From contig OZ024747.1 in assembly GCA_964016885.1 (NCBI GenBank), positions 17,236,001 to 17,300,000 of the forward strand: a DNA stretch of 64,000 nucleotides. The letters run 5' to 3'. Shown in pieces: positions 39,563 through 54,261 of this stretch. The notes under the pieces are model-generated. The model had not been told where the DNA came from and did no database searches. It was given only the letters and a program-made list of their open reading frames with translations. Position numbers and translations under genes: made by a program. Numbering within the stretch: the first letter of the stretch is position 1; each line of letters starts with the position of its first letter. The DNA is from Eledone cirrhosa. Its lineage: Eukaryota.

Positions 39563-40656
39563 TTATTGAAAATAACAACAAAGATTTTATATAATAGGTC
39601 TGAATTGATATATAACAGGTTTTGAATTGACCACTAGAAAAGTAGTAAGAAGTCAAGTTGATAGAATAGTAGTAGTAGAAATTTAATTTAGGGGTAGAAG
39701 AATGCAGACTTATGTTTTGAATGGAAAGAATACTTTGAATGAAAAGAATATTTTGGGGATGAAAAGAGGTCAAGCTGGTGAAGGAAACACGAAAATTTGA
39801 TGTTATTAAATAATAATGTTAATGTTAAAAGCGAAGGAGAGTAAAATGTAAGGGTAAAGATATTAGTGAGAAATACCAATCTTATTTAAAACACAAGGGA
39901 TTTAGATCTATAACAAGAAATTAAATTAATTGATAGGTATACTTATAGGGATAAATTTATATTAATTCATATGGATGTGATAAATAAGAATTAGATGTTA
40001 TTAAAGAATGTTGTTAAAAACGAAGGGAAATAAAATTTTGGGATAAGTGAGATATTGCATGTCTACACCATTTTTATTTTATATATGATGTGTGTATGTG
40101 TGTAAAACACATAGCAAAGTGGCATATAACTTTCTAGATATTCGGAGTTTCACGATACAAGCTTTTGTTATTGCTGCATTGTCATTCAGCCTTTATTGGA
40201 ATGTGTATGTCACCAGTCATCAATCGTTGCTTCTTCCGTATCCCCTCTCTCTCTCTCACTCACTCACTCTCTCTATCTATCTATCTCCATATGTGTGGGT
40301 GTGTGTGTGTGTAAAAATATTATATATCATTATATCCAGATCGGGGTTTGGATAGTAGTCACCTTAATGTGGGTCCCGAGTGTGCAATTTATACATTCAG
40401 CCCCTCCTTAGGATAGCTTGTCTGATGGCAGCGGTCGGCTTCTCTTAAACGGAACCTTAGCAATTTTCCCTCAGTATACCACAGGAACCACCGGTACCAG
40501 CTGCATTTCTCTGCATAGTATGTGCCTGTATTCATGTCAGTAATAAACATAGAAGTAAACGACTTTCTTTTTTTGTCTTACTTCGTAGAAGAAGAAGAAG
40601 AAGACGACGACGACGACGACAATTTGACTACTTATTCATCATTGTAATCATTATCA

Positions 40657-40850
40657 TATCGTTAGAGGGTCGGACACCATGCTTTTCAGCATAGAGTTAC
40701 GGCCCTTTATGATGTGAGTTCAAATCCTGCCGAGGTTGACTTTGCTTTCATCTTTTCGGGGTCGACAAAATAAAGTACCAGTTACGCACTGGAGTCGATT
40801 TAATCGACTTTCCCTCCTCCAAATTTGCTGGCCTTCTGTATATGAAACCA
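40657..40850 (+). mobile_element. SINE family A
   Basis: B box gagttcaaatcc and core gggtcgacaaaataaagtaccag. Confidence 0.85.
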
Positions 40851-41096
40851 TTATCATCAACGTAGTCATCACTCTCATCAATATCATCATAATTATTATT
40901 ATCATTATCAAATATGTCTTACGTTACACGCCCTCTAGCCCACAAATATTGAACAATAGAAGGGAATATGTTTGTATTTATAGACAATCACTATTTTAAC
41001 ATTTTACTCTCACAAAAACATAGAAACTTTATTTGGAACACATATGAAGGCTTCCTATCCAAATGTTCGACTTTACTTTCACTTCTCTAGCAACGG

Positions 41097-41394
41097 GTAC
41101 AATTCTTGAGTTAATATTTAGAAATATATCCCCTCTCTCTCTCTCACTCACTCACTCTCTCTATCTATCTATCTCCATATGTGTGGGTGTGTGTGTGTGT
41201 AAAAATATTATATATCATTATATCCAGATCGGGGTTTGGATAGTAGTCACCTTAATGTGGGTCCCGAGTGTGCAAATTATACATTCAGCCCCTCCTTAGG
41301 ATAGCTTGTCTGATGGCAGCGGTCGGCTTCTCTTAAACGGAACCTTAGCAATTTTCCCTCAGTACAATTCTTGAGTTAATATTTAGAAATATAT
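41097..41394. repeat. Local templated insertion (copy of 40239-40476) flanked by a 33 bp duplication
   Basis: gtacaattcttgagttaatatttagaaatatat at 41097-41129 and 41362-41394. The insert has one visible mismatch to its source. Confidence 0.9.
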
Positions 41395-44030
41395 TAATTC
41401 TATTTCCGCGACATTGCGTGTGAAAGAGGAATTTTATATTAGCTGTAAGTGTGATATTAATATTTATTAAAACATATACATAAACAAGGATATATAGTAT
41501 GTCCATTGTCATTTCTGACAATGACGATGATTATCTTGTATGTCTTCATAAGTGAAAACCTGTTTAAACCCACGTAACAACAATTAAAACAAACGTAGGA
41601 GTAGAATAGTGACAAGATATACATATGTATCAAAATAAAATTAGCAAAATTGAATCGCTCACTCATTTCGACACCAGTGATCATAATTCATTTTCGAAAA
41701 TTCATTCTTTTTTTCCATGCCTCTAGTAAATCACATTCAATATCATGTTATCCTAACATAAATAAGTGTATCCAGTATGTTATATACAAATCTTTTATGA
41801 TGACTGTTACTCTCATGTCTAGTTCGATTAAATGTCGTATCTCTAGAAATATTTACTGCTAGTGTTTCTATCATCTTTCGTGAATCGTAATCACATGAAG
41901 AACAGTTACAAAAATAACGTTTCTAGGTAAACGTAAAGATCTCTTTGGGTTCTATACAGATTAAAATTTGGTTCTTTCGAACATTTTCTCGGTAGCTTTT
42001 GAACTAATTAAACATTCCTCCTACGCATTATGTCTATGCACTTTCCATTATAAAACTTTCTTTCCAACAAGGAACGTGGTATATTCCTCTCAGTTTTAAT
42101 GGAAAAGTATTCAGTCATGATCTATTTTTAATGTAGTTTTTATCATTTCACACTTATTCATTGCCAAATTACTCGCTACTCTCACATTTGTTTCATTGCA
42201 CACATCTTTTACACTCTTGACACCTCTACCTCACTTTCTCTATACCATTAATAACCTTTCATCACTTACTTGTCTCGCCGAGTTGAAGATTCTCCAGAAA
42301 GAATATATAATGAGTATTAGTGGCATATGTATATGTATCAATATTATTATTAGCAATATTTCTCTTATTATTCAGTCGTTGCAATTGAAATAAAGCACAC
42401 AATTCCAGAAGATTTGTGTGTGAAAACTTTAGAAATACATTATGAATTTATGCAATAGCTATGTATTGATTATATGAAAAGCGTTCAATGTTTCCAAGCA
42501 AGATTAATGGAGGGGAAAAATAATCTTCAGTAGACAAAAATTTAGCCAAGTTCAAAATATGTCTGACGGGTGAGTAGTGTAAATGTTTGGAAATAGCTTT
42601 TGGCAATTCTAGATTTCTTTCTCATGTGCAAATTGTCTTGCAATGTGTGATAAATCTAAATCATTCATCAAAAGGCACGTCAGAAATTTCAATCTAGTTT
42701 CATTTTGCTTTGGATCGATTTCGATGATTTTACGTTTACCACTATCAAATACACAACAGTTGATCTACTGCAGGTAGTGTTATTTAACTGCTGGTATGGC
42801 TGTTGTTGTTCTTCCTCTTGGTGATGATAATTACAATACTCAGGATAGTGAATCCTAAGTAAGATCAAAGATCAAAGTTATGTCAGCATATATGAACCCG
42901 TCGTTTTTTTTTCTTTTAGTACGTTTTCAATATATCCATATATTAAAATGGGAGGATGTGCTTCGAGTATGGTTTGATTAGTATTTAGAGCTAGTCAAAT
43001 TTCCACGGAAAAACTCTAATTGTTCTTGCCTTAAATCGTATTTTTTCTTCCTTGTATGTGTTCTATTTTCCTGAGAACTACGTCCAGTACAGGAACACAT
43101 CAGTGTAATATGCAATCCCCCAGTCTAACGGTGTATATTTTCCCCGACAGTGAGCAATGATGGACTGATGTTGTATGTTTGTATGGACTTGTAATATCTG
43201 ATAGAATTGTAGGTGTGCCATCTTGACAAACGCCATGTTTTCGGCATCTTTAAACTTGCCGGAGGCTATCCCTTCTCGAGAGAAGGAGAGAGAGGAAAGA
43301 GAGAAGGAAAGAGAGAGCAAGAAAGAGAGAGAATGTGAGAGGGAGAGAGCTAGAACGATAGAGAGAGATAAGGGGAAAGAGAGAGTGTGTGCGCGGAAGA
43401 GAAAAATAGACACAGCGAAAGAATCTCCCTTAGACTTGGAATCTATTTACCCCCCTAGAAATGGTGAAATGTAATTTTGACCACGGGTGACTTTGAACTC
43501 AGAGAATTCAGAGTTGCGGAAGGGATACCGTAAACCACTTTATCCAAACTTCTAACTAATGGCTCTGCCAATTCGCCGCCTAGATTGACACTCTGTTGAT
43601 CTAATCTAAGTGTCAAACCATACTAATTTTCTATCGCTGATATTTATATTTTTATGTTTTATTTTCATATTTTTATTACGCCTCTCTTTAAAGTAATTTG
43701 TTAAAACTATAGCTATTTATTTGAAATTGTTAAACATGAAGATAATTTAGGTGTTTCAGTAATTAGCTTCAATATATACTTTTAGTTATTGATTTTTATT
43801 AAAATTGTTATTGAGTTGATTAATTTTATGATTTGCTGATGACATTATACAAAAAATATCGATTGGAGAGTTAAATAGAAGCTTGGGAATATATAGTCTA
43901 CACGAGAAAAAGAAAAGACGAAGCTTTGGAGAGGATGTAAATATAGGAAGATAAATATACAGGGCTCGTGATAGATAGATATATAGAGATATAGAGATAG
44001 ATAAATAGATACATTTAGAGAAAAAAAAGA

Positions 44031-44194
44031 TAGAGAAAACGAAGGATGAGGTAGAGAAGGAGATAGATATATAGATACAGTTAGAGAAAAAAGATACAGA
44101 GAACGCAGGATGTAGAGAAAACGAAGGATGAGGTAGAGAAGGAGATAGATATATAGATACAGTTAGAGAAAAAAGATACAGAGAACGCAGGATG
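44031..44194. repeat. 82 bp tandem duplication
   Basis: tagagaaaacgaaggatgagg...gaacgcaggatg occurs twice. Confidence 0.9.
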
Positions 44195-44491
44195 AGGTGG
44201 AGAAGAAAATGGCATGCAGGCAGCTGCTAATAACATTCACGTGTTAATTGCTGGATCAAGGCATTGCCCAACTTCCAGAAATGTAATTAGACCTTGCACG
44301 AAAAACGATAGAAAGTAGGCTTATTTAACATATATATTCTCAGTATATTTCTTGCTACGATAAATAATGTGGTATGGGGAGGAAATGACATTAGAATCGT
44401 AAATGAAATAGTTCAACTATGCGTGAAACCATTTACTAATACGGAATGCAGACACACTTTCGCGCACACATATACACATACAAACACACAC

Positions 44492-44576
<85 letters not shown>

Positions 44577-47529
44577 CATATTTATCAACAAAAGACACAT
44601 AATTACTCTTCATATAGAGAATAATAATCTAAAATATTATTTATTGTTCGTATTGCACTCGTCTGAACTCTGCTAAAAGTTATTTTATGTTAGCTTAAAT
44701 TATCTCAAGAACTCGTGGAAGAATATATCTCATTTTTCTGGCATTAAATTTTCTATTTCCCTGTCTTAGTGAGAAGAGAGCCCATGACCTATGCAGCGCA
44801 TCTTAACCAGTTATGGTGCGTTGGCGGATTGGTGGAGGTGGGATAGAATCCATGACTCATATATTGCTGCAGTAGTAAGTAAGGCAGCCTATTAGAATAT
44901 ACAATTTGTATCAGCCTGAATATTTAAGGAATTAGCAATTATTAGGTCCCGTGTTCAATCTCTACATTGGGGCATCTTGAGAAAATGTCATTTACCACAA
45001 CTTGACTCATGCCTTGTTGTGAGTGACTTTTGGAAGACGGAAGCAGGTTGGATGCCCATCAAATGATTTATACCCGAAATTCAAATGGTGAAACTTGTTA
45101 TACATGGTGACACACTGTATCTCTTTGGGACTTACGTTAGGTGAACAGGTATCCGTTGAATTCTCAGCCACTTACATGAGAATTTCAAGAGAAGATTGTT
45201 TTGTTTGATCAAACAACTGAAACATTTACCTTCGAAGCCAATGTTGTTTCATTGTTTACTACCAGACCAAAGAACGAATAATAGTAGCTGAGTTATCGCC
45301 ATTAAAGTCACCCATGAACTCCGTAGTAATGTTAAATTTTGTGACGCCATAATTCTACATCTGAAGAGGGGTATTCTTCACATTTTCCATATATAATTTA
45401 CAAAGCTTGTGTTCATTTAAGGTTAAGTCAGAGAGCACTTGCCCGAGATATCGAACAGTAGAACTGGAACCGGATTCAGGTGTTCTAAAATTGAACCTCA
45501 TCATACAGTAACGTTTGCTCACATTGACTATTATAGAGGTGACCCATGGATTTGTGGAATCGTTAGAGATCAATAACAAAATGTATTGGTGCATTTAGTT
45601 ACGCCTATTTGATTTCTCAATTGAAATTCCACGAACATGAATTTTGACATTCATACACCCTATGTCATAAAATATTGCCACTCAACTATTCAAGCCGATT
45701 AAATCAAATGCTATCTACTCTTATATCCGTATGGACATAACGTGGACGGATAGCTAAGAAGTTCGATTCACAATTATTAGCTATGGTGTTGAAGCGCATT
45801 CCGTGGTAATCTGGTCAAGTGTCATTTCCCATAACACCGGGTTGACTTATGCCACCCCTTGTGAGTGGAACTGGGGAGATGAAAAGTATTTAGAAACTTA
45901 TCGTATGATGTTAACTTGAAATTCAAAGAGCTTGTCACAAACCTTCAAACTGAATCTTCCTGAGAATTATGTTAAGAGTTCCGCTGTCCGAAGAATGCTC
46001 AGGCACATGACCGCCAATTTCATTGATTTAGATTATTAATTGAATGACTCAATTAAGTACTAGAATGGTTCTTTGTTTAATGACCTCAGAAGAATGAAAT
46101 CCAATTTTTACCTCGGAAGGATTGGAACGCAGAATGTAAAGCACGCATGTAGAGAATGGATACTGTAAAACCTTTTACCAGAAGACTCTATTAATCCATC
46201 GCACTAACCTTGTGTTAAAATCAAAAATCAATATTGTTGATACAAATAATTGCGGTTGTTCTCTGTTTATTTTTCACAATAGTTCAGAAGAATATTTCTA
46301 CAATAGCAATCGTTTCCTTTACGTCATGTGATTAATTGTTTGTCATTGACTTGGTTTTTTTTTTTTTACTTCGTGTTCTCTCGTTCCTCGCTAAAAACAA
46401 CGATATATGTTACATATAGTCTCATTTCCATTGCTATAACATGCACGGCAATGTTCCGATTGTAATTTGTCTGGCAGCAAATATGTCAATATATTTAGGT
46501 TTTAGTGTCTATTGCTGTAAACCGAAATGTAAGCTCCCGGCAATCGACACTGCTCTTAAAAGGTGAATGAAAGGAATTTACTTCCATAAAAAGCATTTGA
46601 GTAGGCGTAAAACTCCTTTGTTTTCGAACAGATGACAAGGAATCGCGTCGTACATCTATTATATTAAAGCGGTAATACATGTCCTATAAAATGTCTGTCA
46701 CGGTTGAACGTGAATGGAAAGAGTTTAATTGCGAGAGAGAGATGGAAGAAAAGAAACAAAGAGAAAGAGAGCAGCGACAAAGTTGGTGGTTTCAGCAATG
46801 TAATTCGTTTTAATCTCACACTGTAAAAAGTATTTATGAAATGGGTTTGGCAAAGGTTTATGTATAAGAGAGAGAAAGAAAGAAAGAAAGAAAGACAAAG
46901 AGTGAGAGAGAAAGAGAGAGAGAATTATAAATGAATAAGACATTCCACTTTGTTACTTTCAGAATTTTATTAAATTTATTCGATACATTTTGTAATGTGT
47001 ATATATAATTAAGTAACTTGAATATTATTTTTGTTTATATATACATTTTAAATAAAACATTTAAAGTGCCATGTGGATCTTTGATTCTAGGTGGTTGTTT
47101 CTAACTAAACTGGGAAATGCTTAGAAGGTTAGCTAGTTTCTATTTAGAGTTTTTTTTAAATATACTACTTTTTATCTTCTTCAATAAAAGTTACAAGCAG
47201 ACGTCCTAAGAAAGTACTATATTTGGATTTTGAGGAGGAATTCGAAACACCATGCATATTCCTGGTAAGTCGAGCACACAAATCAGTTTTAATTCGAGCT
47301 CAAATTGAATTTATATCATTTATACATCTAATTTCCAAAGAAACTTTATAATCACTTTACCTTGTGGGAAACTAGTATCGATGGATTTGTAAAACATATG
47401 TATTTCATCTACCCAGGAGTTAAGAAAGAATAGCTTCAATAACTGCTAATATACAACGATAAAAATAAGTTCTCTGAGATACACGGCAAAGTAACGAACT
47501 AATTGCTGTATTAATACTTAGTTACCTGC

Positions 47530-47755
47530 CAAAGGTGGTGGATTAGAAGAATCGGTAGTGTGTTGGATAAAATTCTATTAATATATTTGTTCTTACTCTT
47601 TATATTCTGGGATCAAATGATGCCGGGGTCACTTTTGCCTTTTTATCTTTCTGATGTATTTAAAATCACTATTACCAGTGACGTACTGGGTTGATTTATT
47701 CCACATTGCTTATCCTCCAAATTTGCTTGCCTTGTGCTCAGCTAGAAATCATTAT
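47530..47755 (+). mobile_element. SINE family A, old and degenerate
   Basis: aatcggtag..gggatcaaat..gccggggtcacttttgccttt..taccagtgacgtactggg..gccttgtgc. Similar decayed copies lie at ~43435-43582 and ~46050-46205 (minus strand). Confidence 0.6.
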
Positions 47756-48522
47756 TGATTCTTTATAATCCGTTAAGAATGACAATATATTCGTATGTAT
47801 TCCATATTTACAATGAAAGTACATTTGTTATACGGGTAGGCATTTCTTGACACGGTCAATTCTTCCCTTTATACAACCGCTGATTCATAATTTTATGTTG
47901 CTGTTAGATAATGTTGAAATTTTGACTGGCATCCAAAGAACCCTCAAGCAAATTAGACGTTAGATATTTCAAAATAGTTGCACAATAATATACGGTTGTA
48001 GTTTTACTTAGATGCCAACGGTTAGAATCAAAGATAACTAAATACGGGTGATTACCGCCTATTTGAAGCTGTCCAGTTTCAGAGATGTTACTTTCTCTCT
48101 ATATTCTAGCCGTTGGTGTTGACGTCATATTGGAAAACATATAATTAACGATCTAGAAGCTGAAAGACAATTGTGCACCTCACATTTTCTATAGTAAACT
48201 ATATTGATATATGAGAAAATTCACTACCCATGGTTCAGGTACCTATGCATTAAAAATATATTCTCGATATACACAGTGAATCCCCGTGATCATAGATCAG
48301 ACAGAGTAATTTACGGATATACCAGTAAATACATTGTTATATTGCCATAAAGAAGTCCTTGAATCGAGAGGTTATTTTACAAATTACTCTCCCCACATTG
48401 TTTAGTTGGTTTGAAAAGAAGGAAGGAGAGATTAGAATACTTTGTTGGCAATGTGTATTTCAAATACGGCCGCATCTGTGCTTTAGAGAATATACCCTAC
48501 GAATAAACTGAACCAATTAATA

Positions 48523-48624
48523 TACAGGGTGTTCCACAAAAACGTAAACACACTTTGTTTACATGTACAGGCAATATAAATTAGAATGCTGTTGAAGTGT
48601 GTATACATTTTGGGGTACACCCTT
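48523..48624. mobile_element. Tc1/mariner-type MITE
   Basis: TA-cagggtgttccacaaa...ttttggggtacaccct. The interior matches 38114-38216. Confidence 0.75.
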
Positions 48625-49838
48625 TATTTTTCTTCTTTATAAATCATCTGAAGGAAGTAAAATAGTACTCAGATAATTTGAAAGCCTTACCGAACTTCTG
48701 AGATTTGTGCCCAATACATGCAAAGGAAATGTCAAAAAGAAAAGTGCGCAGAAAGGGGGTTGAGGCATCTAGTGGTGGTATTAAGTCTGGCAGTCAAAGA
48801 AATATGTTTGCTTTTGTTTGTGTGTAACAATCACCAACACATGCACAACGTAATACGGCTGGATACCATGGTGGAAGAAAAGGATTTCTAAACACAAACA
48901 TTGAGGTCTGCCTTTGGAATCCTAATCGATCAGCCAGGAGTTGGATATTCAGATGAGATATTGATCGATTGCATTCTATCACCGACAGTGCTGCATGATC
49001 ACATCTCATAGCTCTTAATGACCTATTTAACCCCAAGTGACTCTGGCAATTGTTCGATCATGTTCCATCGTAAAATTAATTCATGATTGTCACGATAAAA
49101 TGGTGTGAGATATAAAACAACAATTTCCTTTCTACAAATTTGTCTCCGTTCAAAAATCACCGACTTTGCTTGAGCTATTTTTATCTGTTATCCTCTTAAA
49201 AGATAGCAACGTATCCATTGTTTGATATCAACATAGACCTCTCCCGACATCTCCCTGGTCACGCTAAGTTATTCTATAGTAGATAGATTTATTCTTTTTA
49301 GTATAAAATTTTTATATTCTTATATCTTTGACGTTGGTATATATATATATATATATATATATATAATGTGTATGTGTGAGAGAGCATGTGTGAGAGAGTG
49401 TGCGTTGACATTTCTATGTCTGTAGTTCCTGGACGCGCTTACAATATTTATCTTCTCGTCTCTGTCGATATATACTTATAGTTTGCAAAAAGAAAATCCA
49501 ACGAAGAGGAAGAGAGGCAGAAAAATCGATAACCTTCTCCGAAGAGACAAGACAGTTGATTTGAAATAAAAAGCCAGCCACCTCGTAAGCGAAAATAAAT
49601 AGAATTTTATACGGTATTACGAGCTTCTACTAACATATTGACATGTTTTAGGTTGGAGTACTAAAATAAAAACATATTGAAACAGATTCCAAGATGACAT
49701 CTTACAACTTACTTATATAGACTGAGACTCTTAATCACACAATTCTTCCCCTATCACATATTCTAGATTATTTTTTAATTATTTTTTATATTTACCCTTA
49801 CTTTACTCTTCCAACTTATTTTCAGTTTCTTTCTCACT

Positions 49839-49891
<53 letters not shown>

Positions 49892-50144
49892 ACATACATA
49901 CATACATACATACATACATGCATACATACATACATACATACATACATACAATCGCTTGTCAGATTATAGAGTATGGTGCACTTTTCGGCAGTGGCCAGCC
50001 ACACGGATCTGTAACAAGAAATGCCTGAGCTTTCAAGGTTTTTTAAGTGGGGAAAGGCATCGCAGTCGACCAACCCCACTCTATGAGCATTGAAAACACT
50101 ATATACATACATATGTATCACTCTTACTCCTTCCCTGAAAGAAA

Positions 50145-50238
50145 TCAGCTGGGGTTGGACTCTGCCATATCGAAAATGCTCAGAAAACACCGTATATCAC
50201 GCCGGCCCCCAACGAATTCATCAGGAGTGGCTTCTAGA
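50145..50238. repeat. Interspersed repeat with an inverted copy at 53608-53701
   Basis: atcagctggggttggactc..ccggcccccaac..catcaggag..gcttctag is shared in opposite orientation. Confidence 0.75.
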
Positions 50239-50262
50239 ATATATAAATATATATATATATAT

Positions 50263-52367
50263 AGTATAAAAGAGAAAACACAGGTAAGCATTAAGAGAAG
50301 GATTTTATCCAGGTATTTACGACCGTTTCATTGGTAAGTGCAACCTTATACTGCTATACTGCAAATAGCAGCCACTCAATTATAATTGTTGTTCACAGTC
50401 CAAATTTTCAAAATAGTAAGTTACTCTTGAAATAATTCTTAATATATAGAGAAAAACATTTATTTGGAATTGTATTTACTAGTATAGAGAGAGAGGAATC
50501 AGGAGGTGAGGAGACAGACAGAATAGTATAGAGAGAGAGGAAGGGGGAGGAGGTAGGAAGTAGAATGACAAACTGAGATGGGGGGAGGGGTAGAGGTGGA
50601 AGGATTCTTTGGTCAGTTTTGATAGCAGACTTCATGTCGTGGAGTGTAGTGAGTTAAAGAGAATTAAATTGATCATAGTGGGAGAGATGGATAGAGAGGG
50701 ATAGAGAGAGAGGGCGGGGGAGATATAAAGAGATAAATATATATATATATATATATATATAAAATAAAAATAAAGATAATAATGACAAAAATAAAAGCAA
50801 AGAAGGGGGTGAGAAAGAAGAAAAGAAAAGATAGCCAAGAAGGGGAGGGAAGGAAGGAAGAAAACGAAGAAATAGAAGAGGAATGAGGGGGATATATGTA
50901 TTGGTTTTGTGGGTAATTAAAGGGTTTAGATACAAGAGGGTATAAAGTCTAAGTATATGCAGTTTGTCAGTTGGTAGTAAAAGGTTAAGGGTTCGATTTG
51001 TAGTGCGAAAACTTCTCTTTGAGTCTATGGTTACAATAAATTGATCTCTCGATTTTATTGTTGAGTAACCTATTCTTCGAACTTAAGATGTGGACCAGCT
51101 CAAGGTCGCATAATCGACAGCTTCTCATACCACTCCGATATGGGGGCGCGTTCGATAAGTTTCACTACCAATGCACAGTGGAATCAGACAACCAGAAATG
51201 GTATTACATCGGAGCGACTGGGAATACATTTAAAGCCCGTTGGTATACACACCGTTACGCAATGAAACATTCCCAGCACCGTTATGTAACTACCCTTGCA
51301 AACAAGACCTGGCAACTGAGGGAAAGTAACCATCAATACACCCTGAAGTGGAAAAAATTATCGAACGCGCCCCCATATCGGAGTGGCATGAGAAGCTGTC
51401 GATTATGCGACCTTGAGCTGTTCCACATCTTAAGTTCGAAGAATAGGTTACTCAACAATAAAATCGAAAGATCAATTTATTGTAACCATAGACTCAAAGA
51501 GAAGTTTTCGTACTTAACCTCTTACTACCAACTGACAAACTGCATATACTTAGACTTTATACCCTCTTGTATCTAAACCCTTTAATTACCCACAAAAACA
51601 ATACATATATCCCCCTCTTCTCCCTCATTCCTCTTCTATTTCTTCGTTTTCTTCCTTCCTTCGCTCCCCTTCTTGGCTATCTTTTCTTTTCTTCTTTCTC
51701 ACCCCCTTCTTTGCTTTTATTTTTGTCATTATTATCTTTATCTTTATTTTTTATATATATATACAGTATATATATATATATATATATTTATCTCTTTATA
51801 TCTCCCCCTCACTCTCTCCCTCTCTATCCATCCCTCCCACTATGATCAATTTAATTCTCTTTAACTCACTACACTCCACGACATGAAGTCTGCTATCAAA
51901 ACTGACCAAAGAATCCTTCCACTTCTACCCCTCCCTCCATCTCAGTTTGTCATTCTACTTCCTACCTCTTCCCCCTTCCTCTCTCTCGATACTATTCTGT
52001 CGGTCCCCTCACCTCCTGATTCCTCTCTCTCTATACAAGTAAATACAATTCCAAATAAATGTTTTTCTCTATATATTAAGAATTATTTCAAGAGTAACTT
52101 ACTATTTTGAAAATTTGGACTGTGAACAACAATTATAATTGAGTGGCTGCTATTTGCAGTATAGCAATATAAGGTTGCACTTACCAATGAAACGGTCGTA
52201 AATACCTGGATAAAATCCTTCTCTTAATGCTTACCTGTGTTTTCTATTTTATACTTTATACTCCAAGATTGAACTTGTGTAGTTACCCCTAACCGTACGT
52301 TGAAACCATCCATGAAACTGGCTTTCTTAACCAAAATCTGGATCACAATAAGCAATTTTTTGCTTCT

Positions 52368-52375
<8 letters not shown>
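50263..52375 (+). mobile_element. Penelope-like element 3' fragment with a ~900 bp inverted duplication
   Basis: Arms at 50263-51158 and 51358-52255. The spacer and right arm encode the GIY-YIG domain, and the element is flanked by (TA)n. Confidence 0.9.
51159..51576 (+). pseudogene. PLE GIY-YIG endonuclease fragment
   Basis: YQCTV..WYYIGATGNTFKARWYTHRYAM..LKWK..CRLCDLE..LLNNKIERSIYCNHR. Confidence 0.9.
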
Positions 52376-52376
<1 letters not shown>

Positions 52377-52431
<55 letters not shown>

Positions 52432-52557
52432 GTATATGTATATATATATATACATATATATGTATATGTACATATATATATATATATATACATATATATG
52501 TATATGTATATATATATACATATATATGTATATGTACATATATATATATATATATAC

Positions 52558-52654
<97 letters not shown>

Positions 52655-52659
52655 CACAC

Positions 52660-52712
<53 letters not shown>

Positions 52713-52735
52713 TATGTATATGTATATATATATAC

Positions 52736-52829
<94 letters not shown>

Positions 52830-52835
52830 TTATAT

Positions 52836-52888
<53 letters not shown>

Positions 52889-52894
52889 TTATAT

Positions 52895-52937
<43 letters not shown>

Positions 52938-52943
52938 TTATAT

Positions 52944-53020
<77 letters not shown>

Positions 53021-53021
53021 T

Positions 53022-53052
<31 letters not shown>

Positions 53053-53114
53053 ACAAAGGAATTGTGGTAAGGAACCAGATGGACCATAACGCACCCGAGT
53101 ACTATATATGTATA

Positions 53115-53151
<37 letters not shown>

Positions 53152-53165
53152 GTATATATTTATAT

Positions 53166-53196
<31 letters not shown>

Positions 53197-53202
53197 TTAT
53201 AT

Positions 53203-53281
<79 letters not shown>

Positions 53282-53337
53282 TATATATATATATGTATAT
53301 ATTTATATATGTATATATATATAAATATATATATATA
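52377..53337. repeat. ~1 kb compound (TA)n microsatellite containing a partial hairpin element (53051-53103, copy 7)
   Basis: Direct inspection. Confidence 0.9.
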
Positions 53338-53517
53338 TAACAAAGGAATTATGGTAAGGAACCAGATGGACCATAACGCACCCGAGTACTCAATACTTAG
53401 GGTAGCAGGGTGGGAAATAGGAAAAAGTATGACCCCGACGGCAGAGCTCAAGCCGTGTCGACGGCTATTTCTGGACGTCGAAACAGCTTGAGCTCTGCCC
53501 TGGGGGTCATACATTTT

Positions 53518-53521
<4 letters not shown>
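53338..53521. mobile_element. TA-embedded hairpin element, copy 8
   Basis: Family body plus hairpin taggaaaaagtatgacccc/ggggtcatacattttccta. Confidence 0.85.
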
Positions 53522-53560
<39 letters not shown>

Positions 53561-53973
53561 CTCTTTTACCTGTTTCAGCCATCCGGCTGAGGCCATGCTG
53601 GGGCACCTAGAAGCAACTCCTGATGTATTGGTTGGGGGCCGGCGTGATATACAGTGTGTTCTGAGCATTTTAGATATGGCCGAGTCCAACCCCAGCTGAT
53701 TGAAACAATTGTAATCATGTGGATACCATTTCAACATAAAATAAAAATACCTATATTCTACCAACGTATTGAGTGCCTTCCTGCATGAATTCCTCCAGTA
53801 TCCCAGCACCGATGATTCATGTTTATATGTGGATCACCTGTTATTACGTGTAGGACAGGTCCGGCTATCAGCTCAGGAACGATCGACTTTCGTCAAATCG
53901 GACCGATGAAACAATGGTTCCATTAGTCTTTCCAATTGCTAATATTATCTATCGGTCGCAACTCCAGGTAGAA

Positions 53974-54095
53974 GGAGCAACGTGAAATAAAGTGTCTTGT
54001 CCAAGGACGTAACGCATCACACGGTCCGGGAAATAGAACTCACAACCTCACGATTGCGAATCCAATTTTCTAACCACCCAGCCACACGCCTCCAC
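53974..54095 (-). mobile_element. SINE family B, 5' half
   Basis: Matches 4426-4545. Confidence 0.8.
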
Positions 54096-54261
54096 ATCTA
54101 TCAGCTGAATTCATCCTAAAGATCGCTCGGTAGCCTTTCTTTAACCAGAAAGGCTGTATTTATTTAGTCCGGATACCCCCCCCCCCCCCCATGATCATAT
54201 TTTTCTCCGCAAACTACCAAAACACACTTCTATTTGTAAGCTACGATCTATGTATATGTAG

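Noticed and set aside
43078-43280. Minus-strand 66 aa non-repetitive frame after a pyrimidine tract
   Set aside because: No recognisable motif or convincing donor, and the pyrimidine tract is a (CT)n microsatellite.
51883-51925. SECIS-like ATGA-N11-AA in the PLE 3' region
   Set aside because: No complementary 3' arm or GA quartet, and no in-frame TGA at the conserved Cys positions.
52115-52205. Possible HHR in the 50-52 kb PLE (ctgtga..gaaacggtc)
   Set aside because: The core box lacks a base and the stems are unconvincing. Vestigial at best.
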